Assembly: GCF_900199515.1 (NCBI RefSeq)
Contig: NZ_LT963434.1
Location: 993,272 to 1,025,271 of the forward strand
DNA length: 32,000 nucleotides
Direction: 5' to 3'
Source: Massilicoli timonensis
GTDB lineage: Bacteria > Bacillota_I > Bacilli_A > Erysipelotrichales > Erysipelotrichaceae
Positions 23,045 through 30,525 of the stretch are shown here, piece by piece. How positions within the stretch are numbered: position 1 is the first letter of the stretch; every line of letters starts with the position of its first letter. The position numbers were made by a program, and so were the translations under genes. Below the pieces are notes generated by a model, which saw nothing but the letters and a program-made list of their open reading frames with translations, had not been told where the DNA came from and made no database searches.

Positions 23045-25456
23045 TTATTTCACTTCGATCGGCTGGATATTCCAAATCTCATCCGCATACTGTTTGATCG
23101 TACGATCACTTGAGAAGAAGCCGGACTTAGCAATATTGATCAGACACATCTTCGCCCATCCCGCTTTATCCTGATAACGTTCCTGTACGCGAGTCTGTGC
23201 ATGCTTGTATGCGTCAAAATCCGCCAATAACAGATATTCATCATTTTTGAACATCAATTCATTGTAAACCAAACGGAAATCCTCTTTTTCCGGTGAGAAA
23301 GTGCCGTCTACCAACGCCTCTACCACAGCTTTGATTTCCGGATCACGGTTATAGACATTCCATACGCTATAAACATTTTCCCGTTTCAAAAGCGCTACAT
23401 CATCAGCACGCAGGCCGAAGATTTCGGCGTTTTCATAACCGACGCGTTCCACGATTTCCACATTGGCGCCATCTAATGTTCCCAGTGTGATCGCTCCGTT
23501 CATCATGAATTTCATATTGCCGGTTCCGCTCGCCTCTTTCCCCGCAGTGGAGATCTGTTCCGATACATCAGCCGCGTTCATTAAGATTTCCGCAATGCTG
23601 ACACCGTAATTCGGAATAAATACGACCTTCATGTACGGTGCGATCTGCGGATCATTGTTTACCACATCCGCAATACAGTTGATCAGCTTGATGACCTGTT
23701 TCGCAAACGTATAGGCAGGCGCCGCTTTTGCCGCAAAGATAAAGGTACGCGGGTAAATACGGAAATTCGGATCCTTTTTCATCTTCTGATATAAATAGAT
23801 GATATGCAGTACATTCAATAGCTGCCGTTTATAAGCATGCAGACGCTTTGCCTGCACATCGAAGATCGAATTGACATCTACTTCGATCTGTAAAGTTTCT
23901 TTGATATAATCCGCTAAGATCTGCTTGCGCTGCCGTTTCACATCCATAAACTTCGCCTGCAGCATCGGATCGTCCACATGCGCCATCAGTTTTTCCAGCT
24001 GTTCCGGATGTGTCTGATAGTCCTTTCCGATCGTTTCATCTAATAGGTGCGTAAGCTGTGGATTAGAATACAGGAGCCAGCGACGATGGGTAATGCCATT
24101 CGTCTTATTGCTGAATTTCTCCGGCATGATCTCATAGAAAGACTTGAATACATCATTTTTCAAAATTTCCGTATGCAAGCCCGCAACTCCATTTACGTGA
24201 TGGCTGCCGACGATTGCCAGATTCGCCATGTGTACCTGTCCTTCTTTTAAGATCGCTACACTGTATTTGATATCAGGACGGTTGTACTGATGATCCAAGG
24301 CAAACTCAAAACGACGATGAATTTCCTCAATGATCATGTAAACACGTGGAAGCAGCTGCTGGATATAGCTGATCGGCCATTTTTCCAACGCTTCTGCCAG
24401 TACCGTGTGATTCGTATAAGAAATTACATTGGTTACAATATTCCAAGCATCATCCCATTCATATGCATAATCATCCATCAGAATACGCATTAACTCCGGA
24501 ATTGCCAAGACCGGATGCGTATCATTTAACTGAATACAAACCTTTTCTGCCAAGTTGTCTAAAGAAGGATAAACACGCAGATGCGCTTTGATGATCTGCG
24601 CCAAGCCTGCCGCCACAAAAAAGTATTCCTGTTTGATGCGCAGCAACTTTCCTTTTTCCGTAGAATCATCCGGATAGACATTCATGCAGATGGCCTTTAC
24701 ATCATCCATATAGGAAGCAAAATCATTATTGATCACACTGTCTGCCGCCTCTGCACTCCACAAACGCAGTGTATTGGTTACTTTCGTATCACGTCCGATG
24801 ACCGGCACATCATAAGGTACGGCACGAATGACCTGTTCCGGCATGTGATTGACCTTTGTTTTGCCATATTCATCCATATACATTTCGATATGTCCGCCGA
24901 ATTTGACTTCGATGGCATGTTTCGGCTTGCGCACTTCCCAAACATTCCCCAGCTTCAACCACATATCCGGATATTCCGTCTGTTCATGATTTTCAATGCG
25001 CTGGCGGAATAAACCGTATTCATAGCGGATGCAGTTTCCATGCCCCACCAGATTCAAAGAAGCGAGTGAATCTAAAAAGCACGCTGCCAGTCTGCCCAGA
25101 CCGCCGTTTCCAAGCCCCGCATCACTTTCCAGATCTTCGATCTCATTGATATCGATATGGAAATCCTGCAAGCCTTCCTTCACGATGTCATAGATCCCCA
25201 AGTTCATCAGATTGCTCGTTAGCAATCGTCCGATCAAAAATTCCATAGAGAAATAATACATCTGCTTTTCTCCGTTGCCGGCAACCGTTTCTTTTGTTTC
25301 TTTCCAGTTTACCCCAACATAGTCGCGGATCATTTCCCCTAATACCATATACTTTTCGGTTTTATGTGCCTGTTCGATCGAACGGCCGTATTTTTCGATG
25401 ATGCGCCGCTCAAATTCTGTCTTAAATTCTTCCTTTGTTTGAAACTTCTTTTTCAT
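23045..25456 (-). CDS. glgP: Glycogen/maltodextrin phosphorylase (GT35)
   Basis: PLP-lysine motif EASGTGNMKFMMNGA and overall GT35 length. Preferred start is MKKKFQTKEEF at 25456, with a TAGGAG SD. The track start at 25492 lies upstream of the predicted -10. Confidence 0.95.
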   Translation of the reverse strand: MKKKFQTKEEFKTEFERRIIEKYGRSIEQAHKTEKYMVLGEMIRDYVGVNWKETKETVAGNGEKQMYYFSMEFLIGRLLTSNLMNLGIYDIVKEGLQDFHIDINEIEDLESDAGLGNGGLGRLAACFLDSLASLNLVGHGNCIRYEYGLFRQRIENHEQTEYPDMWLKLGNVWEVRKPKHAIEVKFGGHIEMYMDEYGKTKVNHMPEQVIRAVPYDVPVIGRDTKVTNTLRLWSAEAADSVINNDFASYMDDVKAICMNVYPDDSTEKGKLLRIKQEYFFVAAGLAQIIKAHLRVYPSLDNLAEKVCIQLNDTHPVLAIPELMRILMDDYAYEWDDAWNIVTNVISYTNHTVLAEALEKWPISYIQQLLPRVYMIIEEIHRRFEFALDHQYNRPDIKYSVAILKEGQVHMANLAIVGSHHVNGVAGLHTEILKNDVFKSFYEIMPEKFSNKTNGITHRRWLLYSNPQLTHLLDETIGKDYQTHPEQLEKLMAHVDDPMLQAKFMDVKRQRKQILADYIKETLQIEVDVNSIFDVQAKRLHAYKRQLLNVLHIIYLYQKMKKDPNFRIYPRTFIFAAKAAPAYTFAKQVIKLINCIADVVNNDPQIAPYMKVVFIPNYGVSIAEILMNAADVSEQISTAGKEASGTGNMKFMMNGAITLGTLDGANVEIVERVGYENAEIFGLRADDVALLKRENVYSVWNVYNRDPEIKAVVEALVDGTFSPEKEDFRLVYNELMFKNDEYLLLADFDAYKHAQTRVQERYQDKAGWAKMCLINIAKSGFFSSDRTIKQYADEIWNIQPIEVK

Positions 25457-25482
25457 CTTTTCACTCCTAACACGACATTGTG

Positions 25483-25491
25483 ATTTTATCA
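25483..25491 (-). promoter_or_regulatory. Extended -10 promoter (TGaTAAAAT) for glgP
   Basis: Minus strand reads aaattTGaTAAAATcacaatg. It lies downstream of the glgB terminator, so glgP appears to have its own promoter. Confidence 0.35.
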
Positions 25492-25633
25492 AATTTCTTG
25501 CTGTTTGTTAAGCAAAATTTTTCATACAAGCCGTAATATCCCCTCATTTTATAAAAATATGCGCACCCGAAAAATAATCTTTTCACTTTTTACCAAAACT
25601 TTTATATTTTTAATGACTGCCTGCTGTTGCAAA

Positions 25634-25661
25634 GAAAAAACGGCACCTTCTCAGATGCCGT
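25634..25661 (-). terminator. Rho-independent terminator after glgB
   Basis: Minus strand reads AAAACGGCA-tctgagaagg-TGCCGTTTT followed by TTc. Confidence 0.75.
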
Positions 25662-25671
25662 TTTCCCGTTG

Positions 25672-27516
25672 TTATTTCTTCTTGCTGCGCTTGCGTGTTT
25701 CTAAGATCACTGCCCCAAACGGCGGTACGGTTACTTCAATGGTATAAGGCAGGAAATTGCATTCTTCCTTTACTGCTTTGATCTTATCCGGATTGGTAAT
25801 ATTACATCCACCGTAAATATCCTGTTCACTATTTAAGATTTCTTTGTAAGTGCCGTTTTGCTCCACTCCAAACTTATGCTTTTCGTAAAGATTCGGCGAC
25901 ATATTCAGGATCACGACAAGATCGCTTGTATCGGATTTGCGGATATAGGAGAAAAGATTTTGATCCGCATTATCCGCATCGATCCATTTGAAAGAATCCC
26001 AAGAATAGTCATTTTCATAAAGCGGCTTTTTGCTCGTGTAAAGCTTTGTCAATTCCTTAAAATAGCGGTTAAAAGAGTCATGAGCCGGATATGTCAGCAT
26101 GAACCAGTCGTTTTCTTTTGCCTCATCCCATTCACGAAACATCGCCAATTCATTGCCCATGAAATTTAATTTCTTGCCCGGATGGGTAAACATGTAGGTA
26201 TAAAGTGTGCGCAGCTGCTGGAATTTCTGTTCATAACTGCCCCACAGCTTGTCGATGATGGTCTTTTTGCCATGTACGACTTCATCATGTGAGAACGGTA
26301 AAATAAAGCGTTCGGAATAGAAGTAAGCCATGGAGAAGGTGATCTGATTATGATGCCATTTGCGATACACCGGATCTTTTTCAAAGTATTTCAGGGTATC
26401 GTTCATCCAGCCCAGATCCCATTTATAATCAAAACCCAATCCGCCGTCAAGCGTTGATTTTGTTACATTCGGATAGTCGCTGGAATCCTCGGCAATCAGC
26501 ATAACGCCCGGATAAGCTTCATGCAAGTGATAGTTCAGGCGTTTGATGAAATCCAATGCGCCCTGATTCTCGCCGCGGTCTTTATTGCCATGCCAGAAGA
26601 TCAGATTGCTGATGGCGTCCATCCGCAGACCGTCAAAATGATAGCGATCGATCCAGAAAGCCGCTGCCGACATCAAGAAACTGCGCACGGTTTCTTTCCA
26701 TAGATCAAAATTGGAAGTGCCCCACTGAGAATAAGAATCTTCATCTTTTTCATATTCATACACACAACTGCCATCATAACGCGCCAATGAAAAATCATCA
26801 CGCACAAAATGGACCGGCACATAATCCATAATGACGCCGATACCGGCTTTATGGCAGGCATTTACCAGATACATGAGATCCTGCGCGCTGCCATAGCGGC
26901 TGGTAACCGAAAAATAGCCGCTGCACTGATAACCCCATGATCCGTCAAATGGATGCTCATTCAACGGCATGAGTTCGATATGCGTAAAATGATGGTCCTT
27001 GACATAAGCGATCAGTTCTTTGGCGATGCTGCGATAAGTCGGCCAACCGCCTTCCTCATTATGCTTCCATGATCCCATATGTACTTCATAGATATTGACC
27101 GGCTGATCTAGGTGAATGCTGCGGGAAGCCATCCATTTTTCATCGCTCCACTTCATCGAGAGATCGGCAACAACAGATGCCGTATTCGGTCTTAATTCAC
27201 TGTAAAACGCATACGGATCCATTTTATCGACAATGCGGCCGCTGCACTGATCAATACGGTATTTGTATACATCCCCCACTTTCGCACCTTCGACAAAGCA
27301 GGACCAGATACCGTTTTGATCAGCCTTTTTCATATAATGTCCTTCACAGCTCCAGTCATTGAATGAACCGATCACCTGTATTTTATTGGCTTTTGGCGCA
27401 AAGGTCGTAAAACGAACCCCTTTGATTCCCTTTTCCACACACGGATGTGCACCGAACAGTTCATAAGCACGCAAACTGTGTCCCTGATAAAACGCCTCCA
27501 CACTCTTCTTTTTCAT
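25672..27516 (-). CDS. glgB: 1,4-alpha-glucan branching enzyme (GH13_9)
   Basis: DYVPVHF, FDGLRMDAISN, IAEDSS and SHDEVVHGK catalytic regions. The ATG at 27516 (MKKKSVEAF) is preceded by a TAAGGAG SD. The track start at 27522 is GTG. Confidence 0.95.
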   Translation of the reverse strand: MKKKSVEAFYQGHSLRAYELFGAHPCVEKGIKGVRFTTFAPKANKIQVIGSFNDWSCEGHYMKKADQNGIWSCFVEGAKVGDVYKYRIDQCSGRIVDKMDPYAFYSELRPNTASVVADLSMKWSDEKWMASRSIHLDQPVNIYEVHMGSWKHNEEGGWPTYRSIAKELIAYVKDHHFTHIELMPLNEHPFDGSWGYQCSGYFSVTSRYGSAQDLMYLVNACHKAGIGVIMDYVPVHFVRDDFSLARYDGSCVYEYEKDEDSYSQWGTSNFDLWKETVRSFLMSAAAFWIDRYHFDGLRMDAISNLIFWHGNKDRGENQGALDFIKRLNYHLHEAYPGVMLIAEDSSDYPNVTKSTLDGGLGFDYKWDLGWMNDTLKYFEKDPVYRKWHHNQITFSMAYFYSERFILPFSHDEVVHGKKTIIDKLWGSYEQKFQQLRTLYTYMFTHPGKKLNFMGNELAMFREWDEAKENDWFMLTYPAHDSFNRYFKELTKLYTSKKPLYENDYSWDSFKWIDADNADQNLFSYIRKSDTSDLVVILNMSPNLYEKHKFGVEQNGTYKEILNSEQDIYGGCNITNPDKIKAVKEECNFLPYTIEVTVPPFGAVILETRKRSKKK

Positions 27517-27541
27517 AATCACAACTCCTTACTTTGCTTCT

Positions 27542-27578
27542 ATTATACCTTATTTTCCTTTCTTTGAACACGCTTTCA
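27542..27578 (-). promoter_or_regulatory. glgB promoter (-10 TATAAT) with overlapping cre-like palindrome
   Basis: Minus strand reads TGAAAGCGTGTTCA (27565-27578, one mismatch to the CcpA cre consensus TGWAANCGNTNWCA), then 17 nt, then TATAAT (27542-27547). Confidence 0.4.
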
Positions 27579-27624
27579 TACAATTAAATAAGAGAATCGC
27601 TTTCATACAATTAAATAAGAGAAT
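27571..27624. repeat. Perfect 27-bp tandem duplication in the glgB upstream region
   Basis: cgctttcatacaattaaataagagaat occurs twice in tandem (27571-27597 and 27598-27624). Confidence 0.9.
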
Positions 27625-27715
27625 CGTGCCTTTTGCTTTCAGCAGATCTGTAAAGCGCAAAAGCAGATGATCCCCATAAAGTTTCACCTGCTTCTATTGC
27701 TTCTCATTTTATCGC

Positions 27716-28837
27716 TCATGCCCGCCTGACTAAATAGAAATCACCGTTTTGTCCTTCTACAAGCAAGTATGTGCCGTTCCCATGATAGGTCTTGATCTGA
27801 TCGGTAAAATCCGTCTCTATTTTGCTTAGGTCTTGCTCCTGCAGCTCATAGAATTGTGTACCCTGCGCTAACCCCACCGCCAGCAGACCGTCCTTTAGCG
27901 CTGTCAGTTCTTTACCACAGTAACCATCCAGCTCTGCAAAATGGTATTCTTCCATCTCATCCATTTTCGCATTGAGCATGATGCTCAGATTTTCGGAAGA
28001 ACCGTCCTGTAAAAGCAGCATCTCATCGGTTGCATCTAATTCTTCCCGCACATATGGCTGCAAGCGAAAGAGCGAACTTTGTGTACTGTCATGCTTCACA
28101 TAGCCGATCGTCCCGCCGCCGCCCTGCTGCTCATCAATGAGCATGCGGTAATACACACCATCTGCATTTACTGCAATCGTCTCTGCCGCATTTTGTTCTA
28201 ACTGCAAACTGCTTTCTGCGGCAACACTATCCTTTGCAAGCACGATTTCCTTTTCATATAGCAGTTGTAAATGATCGTTTTGGCAGCGATACAATAGTCT
28301 TTTTTCACTCGCTTCGCCATTTTCCCGCAAAGGCTGGGTAATGGCCGCAAGCCATAAATAGCAGTGTTCCTTTTCACCGACTAAAATCGGAGAACGATAT
28401 CGTTCCCATGTGGTAAAGCGCTGTAATTTTTGTTCTTTTCCATCACTCATCGCATGTACCGTAATCGTGATCGGATAAGTCGTTTCATTATATTCCTGTT
28501 TGTTTTTCACATAATAGAGTCGGTCGCCATATTCATAAACACTGCTGATCTGACTTTGTCCATCGCCAATCGTCAATTCCTCAAGCTGATCTTTTTCCAC
28601 ATCATAGCGCCAAACTTGTTCTGTTTTTTTCAAAAGGCTTCCCTGATCGCTCTCTTTTACAAAATAGAAATCATCACCGGTACTCTCCAGCATGCGCAGA
28701 TCTTCATTTTCTTTTACAAATGCGCTCAGCTTCTCTAATTTTTCAAAAGTCAGCGGCTCTTCCTTTTTTGATGCACATGCACTGAGCAACAGCATCACAA
28801 GCGATAAGCCGAGCATACATAATCTTCTTTTTTTCAT
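27716..28837 (-). CDS. Lipoprotein of unknown function (373 aa)
   Basis: Signal peptide with lipobox MKKRRLCMLGLSLVMLLLSAC/ASKK. The mature part has recurring aromatic-rich strands (YYVKN, VYYRM, FYLVRR) suggesting a beta-repeat fold. GAGG SD. Confidence 0.8.
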   Translation of the reverse strand: MKKRRLCMLGLSLVMLLLSACASKKEEPLTFEKLEKLSAFVKENEDLRMLESTGDDFYFVKESDQGSLLKKTEQVWRYDVEKDQLEELTIGDGQSQISSVYEYGDRLYYVKNKQEYNETTYPITITVHAMSDGKEQKLQRFTTWERYRSPILVGEKEHCYLWLAAITQPLRENGEASEKRLLYRCQNDHLQLLYEKEIVLAKDSVAAESSLQLEQNAAETIAVNADGVYYRMLIDEQQGGGGTIGYVKHDSTQSSLFRLQPYVREELDATDEMLLLQDGSSENLSIMLNAKMDEMEEYHFAELDGYCGKELTALKDGLLAVGLAQGTQFYELQEQDLSKIETDFTDQIKTYHGNGTYLLVEGQNGDFYLVRRA

Positions 28838-28968
28838 GATATTTTCCTCACATTAGTCTGATCTAAATAATTATTTCATTCATTATCGTTACAAATCAAT
28901 TTATCTATTAAATCTTGTCCTAAATAACAATCTAAATGATCATTCCATTTTTATTTCACAAGATACAT

Positions 28969-29088
28969 TTACATTTTTACAGCCCAATCTCGATATGGCT
29001 GTGGCTCTGATGCGGATACCGGTGCACACAGAGCCGCACAAGCGCTGAATAACAAAATGAAACAGATCAGTTTTCTCAATAACTTCAT
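28969..29088 (-). CDS. Unannotated 39-aa secreted pro-peptide (candidate signalling peptide)
   Basis: MKLLRKLICFILLFSACAALCAPVSASEPQPYRDWAVKM. AAGGAGGAAG SD 5 nt from the ATG. Has an n-h-c signal peptide ending VSA/SE. It lies 92 nt downstream of, and co-oriented with, the HTH regulator. It is below the ORF-track cutoff. Confidence 0.6.
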   Translation of the reverse strand: MKLLRKLICFILLFSACAALCAPVSASEPQPYRDWAVKM

Positions 29089-29180
29089 ACAATCTTCCTC
29101 CTTGTTAAATCCACATTACCATAGACTATATGAAATAGAAAGGAAAAGATGACTCTAGGAAAACACAACTCTCAAAACTC

Positions 29181-30422
29181 TTAATTTAGGCTGACTTTTT
29201 TATCTTCGTTTTCCTGTTTCAGCCTTTTTAATATGCTTAGTTTTTTACTCGTATTCTGAAAATGCTCCAACTCTACGTCTATTTGATAACGGGTAACATT
29301 ATCATAAAATGTCAGATGAGGAAGCACTTTTCTTTCCAAATACGCTAATCTCTCATGATTCTTTAAGTTTTGTTTTTCGCAGTAATAACAATACAATCCA
29401 TAATCTGATTTTGATTCAAAATACTGTCGGTTCATTTTCCTGAATTTACGAAAATCGCTCGCCACATCCAACTGGCTTTCACAAAATAAGATATTTAGTA
29501 CAACACAAGAATAAACATACATATTGCTCTCGGGAAGTTTTAATGTCTGATAAAATAAATCCAATGCGGTTTGATAATCTTGTTCTTTCATGCAATACCG
29601 CCCATAGTTTCCATAAAACTGCTTCTTTTTGATAAGCGGAAAATCTTTTGTCTGTGCTAAGCGATACATCTCTTTTAACGCCTGTTTTATTTTATTCGGT
29701 TCGATCTGCACATAATAACCGACTATACAATCCCAATATTCATAAAGCATGATTTGATTATTTGTTTGGATTGCCCGCTCTTTTATTGTTTCGCCTAATA
29801 GGATCATCTTTTCAAAATTATGATCATGCTGATATTTTGTCATTAAATGCACTTGTATCGGAAGATAGTCTATCATTTCCAGTTCCGGATGCTGTTCATA
29901 TAATTGCTTTTCAAAAGGAAAACTTACCATCGTAGAAGAATATACACAGTAAAAACAAATGAGTTCTGACATTTCTTTACCGAAAATATCGTGGTATTGC
30001 ATAAAAATGCGAATGCTGTTTTCACTTAAATAGTATAGTTGGCTAAAATAGCGACTGAGATTTTGAAAGAATACGGTTAGATTGACGCAGCTGATCTCGC
30101 TTTGATATGCCTCTAACTGCTTCCGTATGCGATCGATGATCTGTTTACAGTTTTCTTGATCAAAATAGTTGAGTGCCTTGTGCAGTTCCATTATTTCCGT
30201 TTTGATGCAGGCAGGGATCTCTTTATGATAGGTTAGGCATAGATTGCTTAATATTTTATCATATGTGCATGTCGAAACATCACTTGCCTTTTTTTGTATT
30301 TTCGCAAAGGTGGCGCTGCTCATGTGGATGGCCTCCGCAAACCTGCGCACGCTCATCCCACTCAGCATGCGATACAACTGTATTTGTTTTGATAATTGTT
30401 CTTTTTCCGCGTTTGTAAGCAT
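29181..30422 (-). CDS. XRE-family HTH transcriptional regulator with long helical (TPR-like) C-terminal domain; RNPP-like
   Basis: 413 aa. The N-terminus LSKQIQLYRMLSGMSVRRFAEAIHMSSATFAKIQKK is a Cro/C1 HTH. The remainder is helical-repeat-like (for example DYQTALDLFYQTLKL). The gene is visibly AT-rich relative to its flanks. Confidence 0.8.
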   Translation of the reverse strand: MLTNAEKEQLSKQIQLYRMLSGMSVRRFAEAIHMSSATFAKIQKKASDVSTCTYDKILSNLCLTYHKEIPACIKTEIMELHKALNYFDQENCKQIIDRIRKQLEAYQSEISCVNLTVFFQNLSRYFSQLYYLSENSIRIFMQYHDIFGKEMSELICFYCVYSSTMVSFPFEKQLYEQHPELEMIDYLPIQVHLMTKYQHDHNFEKMILLGETIKERAIQTNNQIMLYEYWDCIVGYYVQIEPNKIKQALKEMYRLAQTKDFPLIKKKQFYGNYGRYCMKEQDYQTALDLFYQTLKLPESNMYVYSCVVLNILFCESQLDVASDFRKFRKMNRQYFESKSDYGLYCYYCEKQNLKNHERLAYLERKVLPHLTFYDNVTRYQIDVELEHFQNTSKKLSILKRLKQENEDKKVSLN

Positions 30423-30454
30423 CGTATCCCCCTCTGTTTCTATTTCCTATTTTA

Positions 30455-30483
30455 ATTTTACCATCATATGCGAAACCTGTAAA
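30455..30483 (-). promoter_or_regulatory. Sigma-A promoter of the regulator gene
   Basis: Minus strand has TTTACA-N17-TAAAAT (-35 at 30478-30483, -10 at 30455-30460), about 33 nt upstream of the ATG, with a GAGGGGGA SD between. Confidence 0.5.
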
Positions 30484-30489
30484 CCAAAG

Positions 30490-30521
30490 AAACAGCAGAA
30501 CCACTGCTGATCCTGCTGTTT
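30490..30521 (-). terminator. Rho-independent terminator after pgm
   Basis: Minus strand reads AAACAGCAG-14 nt-CTGCTGTTT followed by CTTTGGTTT. Confidence 0.7.
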
Positions 30522-30525
30522 GTCT

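Noticed and set aside
27598-27611. Second and third cre sites in the duplicated 27-bp units (TGAAAGCGATTCTC)
   Set aside because: Only the left half matches the cre consensus; the right half has three mismatches. Only the promoter-proximal site at 27565-27578 is plausible.
27625-27675. Hairpin (CTTTTGC..GCAAAAG with an inner GCTTT..AAAGC) downstream of the lipoprotein gene as its terminator
   Set aside because: The stem is bulged and no T-tract follows on the minus strand. I left it uncalled, so read-through from the lipoprotein gene into glgB cannot be excluded.
30244-30510. 88-aa plus-strand and 74-aa minus-strand ORFs (30280-30504) across the regulator's 5' end and promoter
   Set aside because: They overlap the regulator's N-terminal HTH coding region, its promoter and the pgm terminator. 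They have no SD and no recognisable features.
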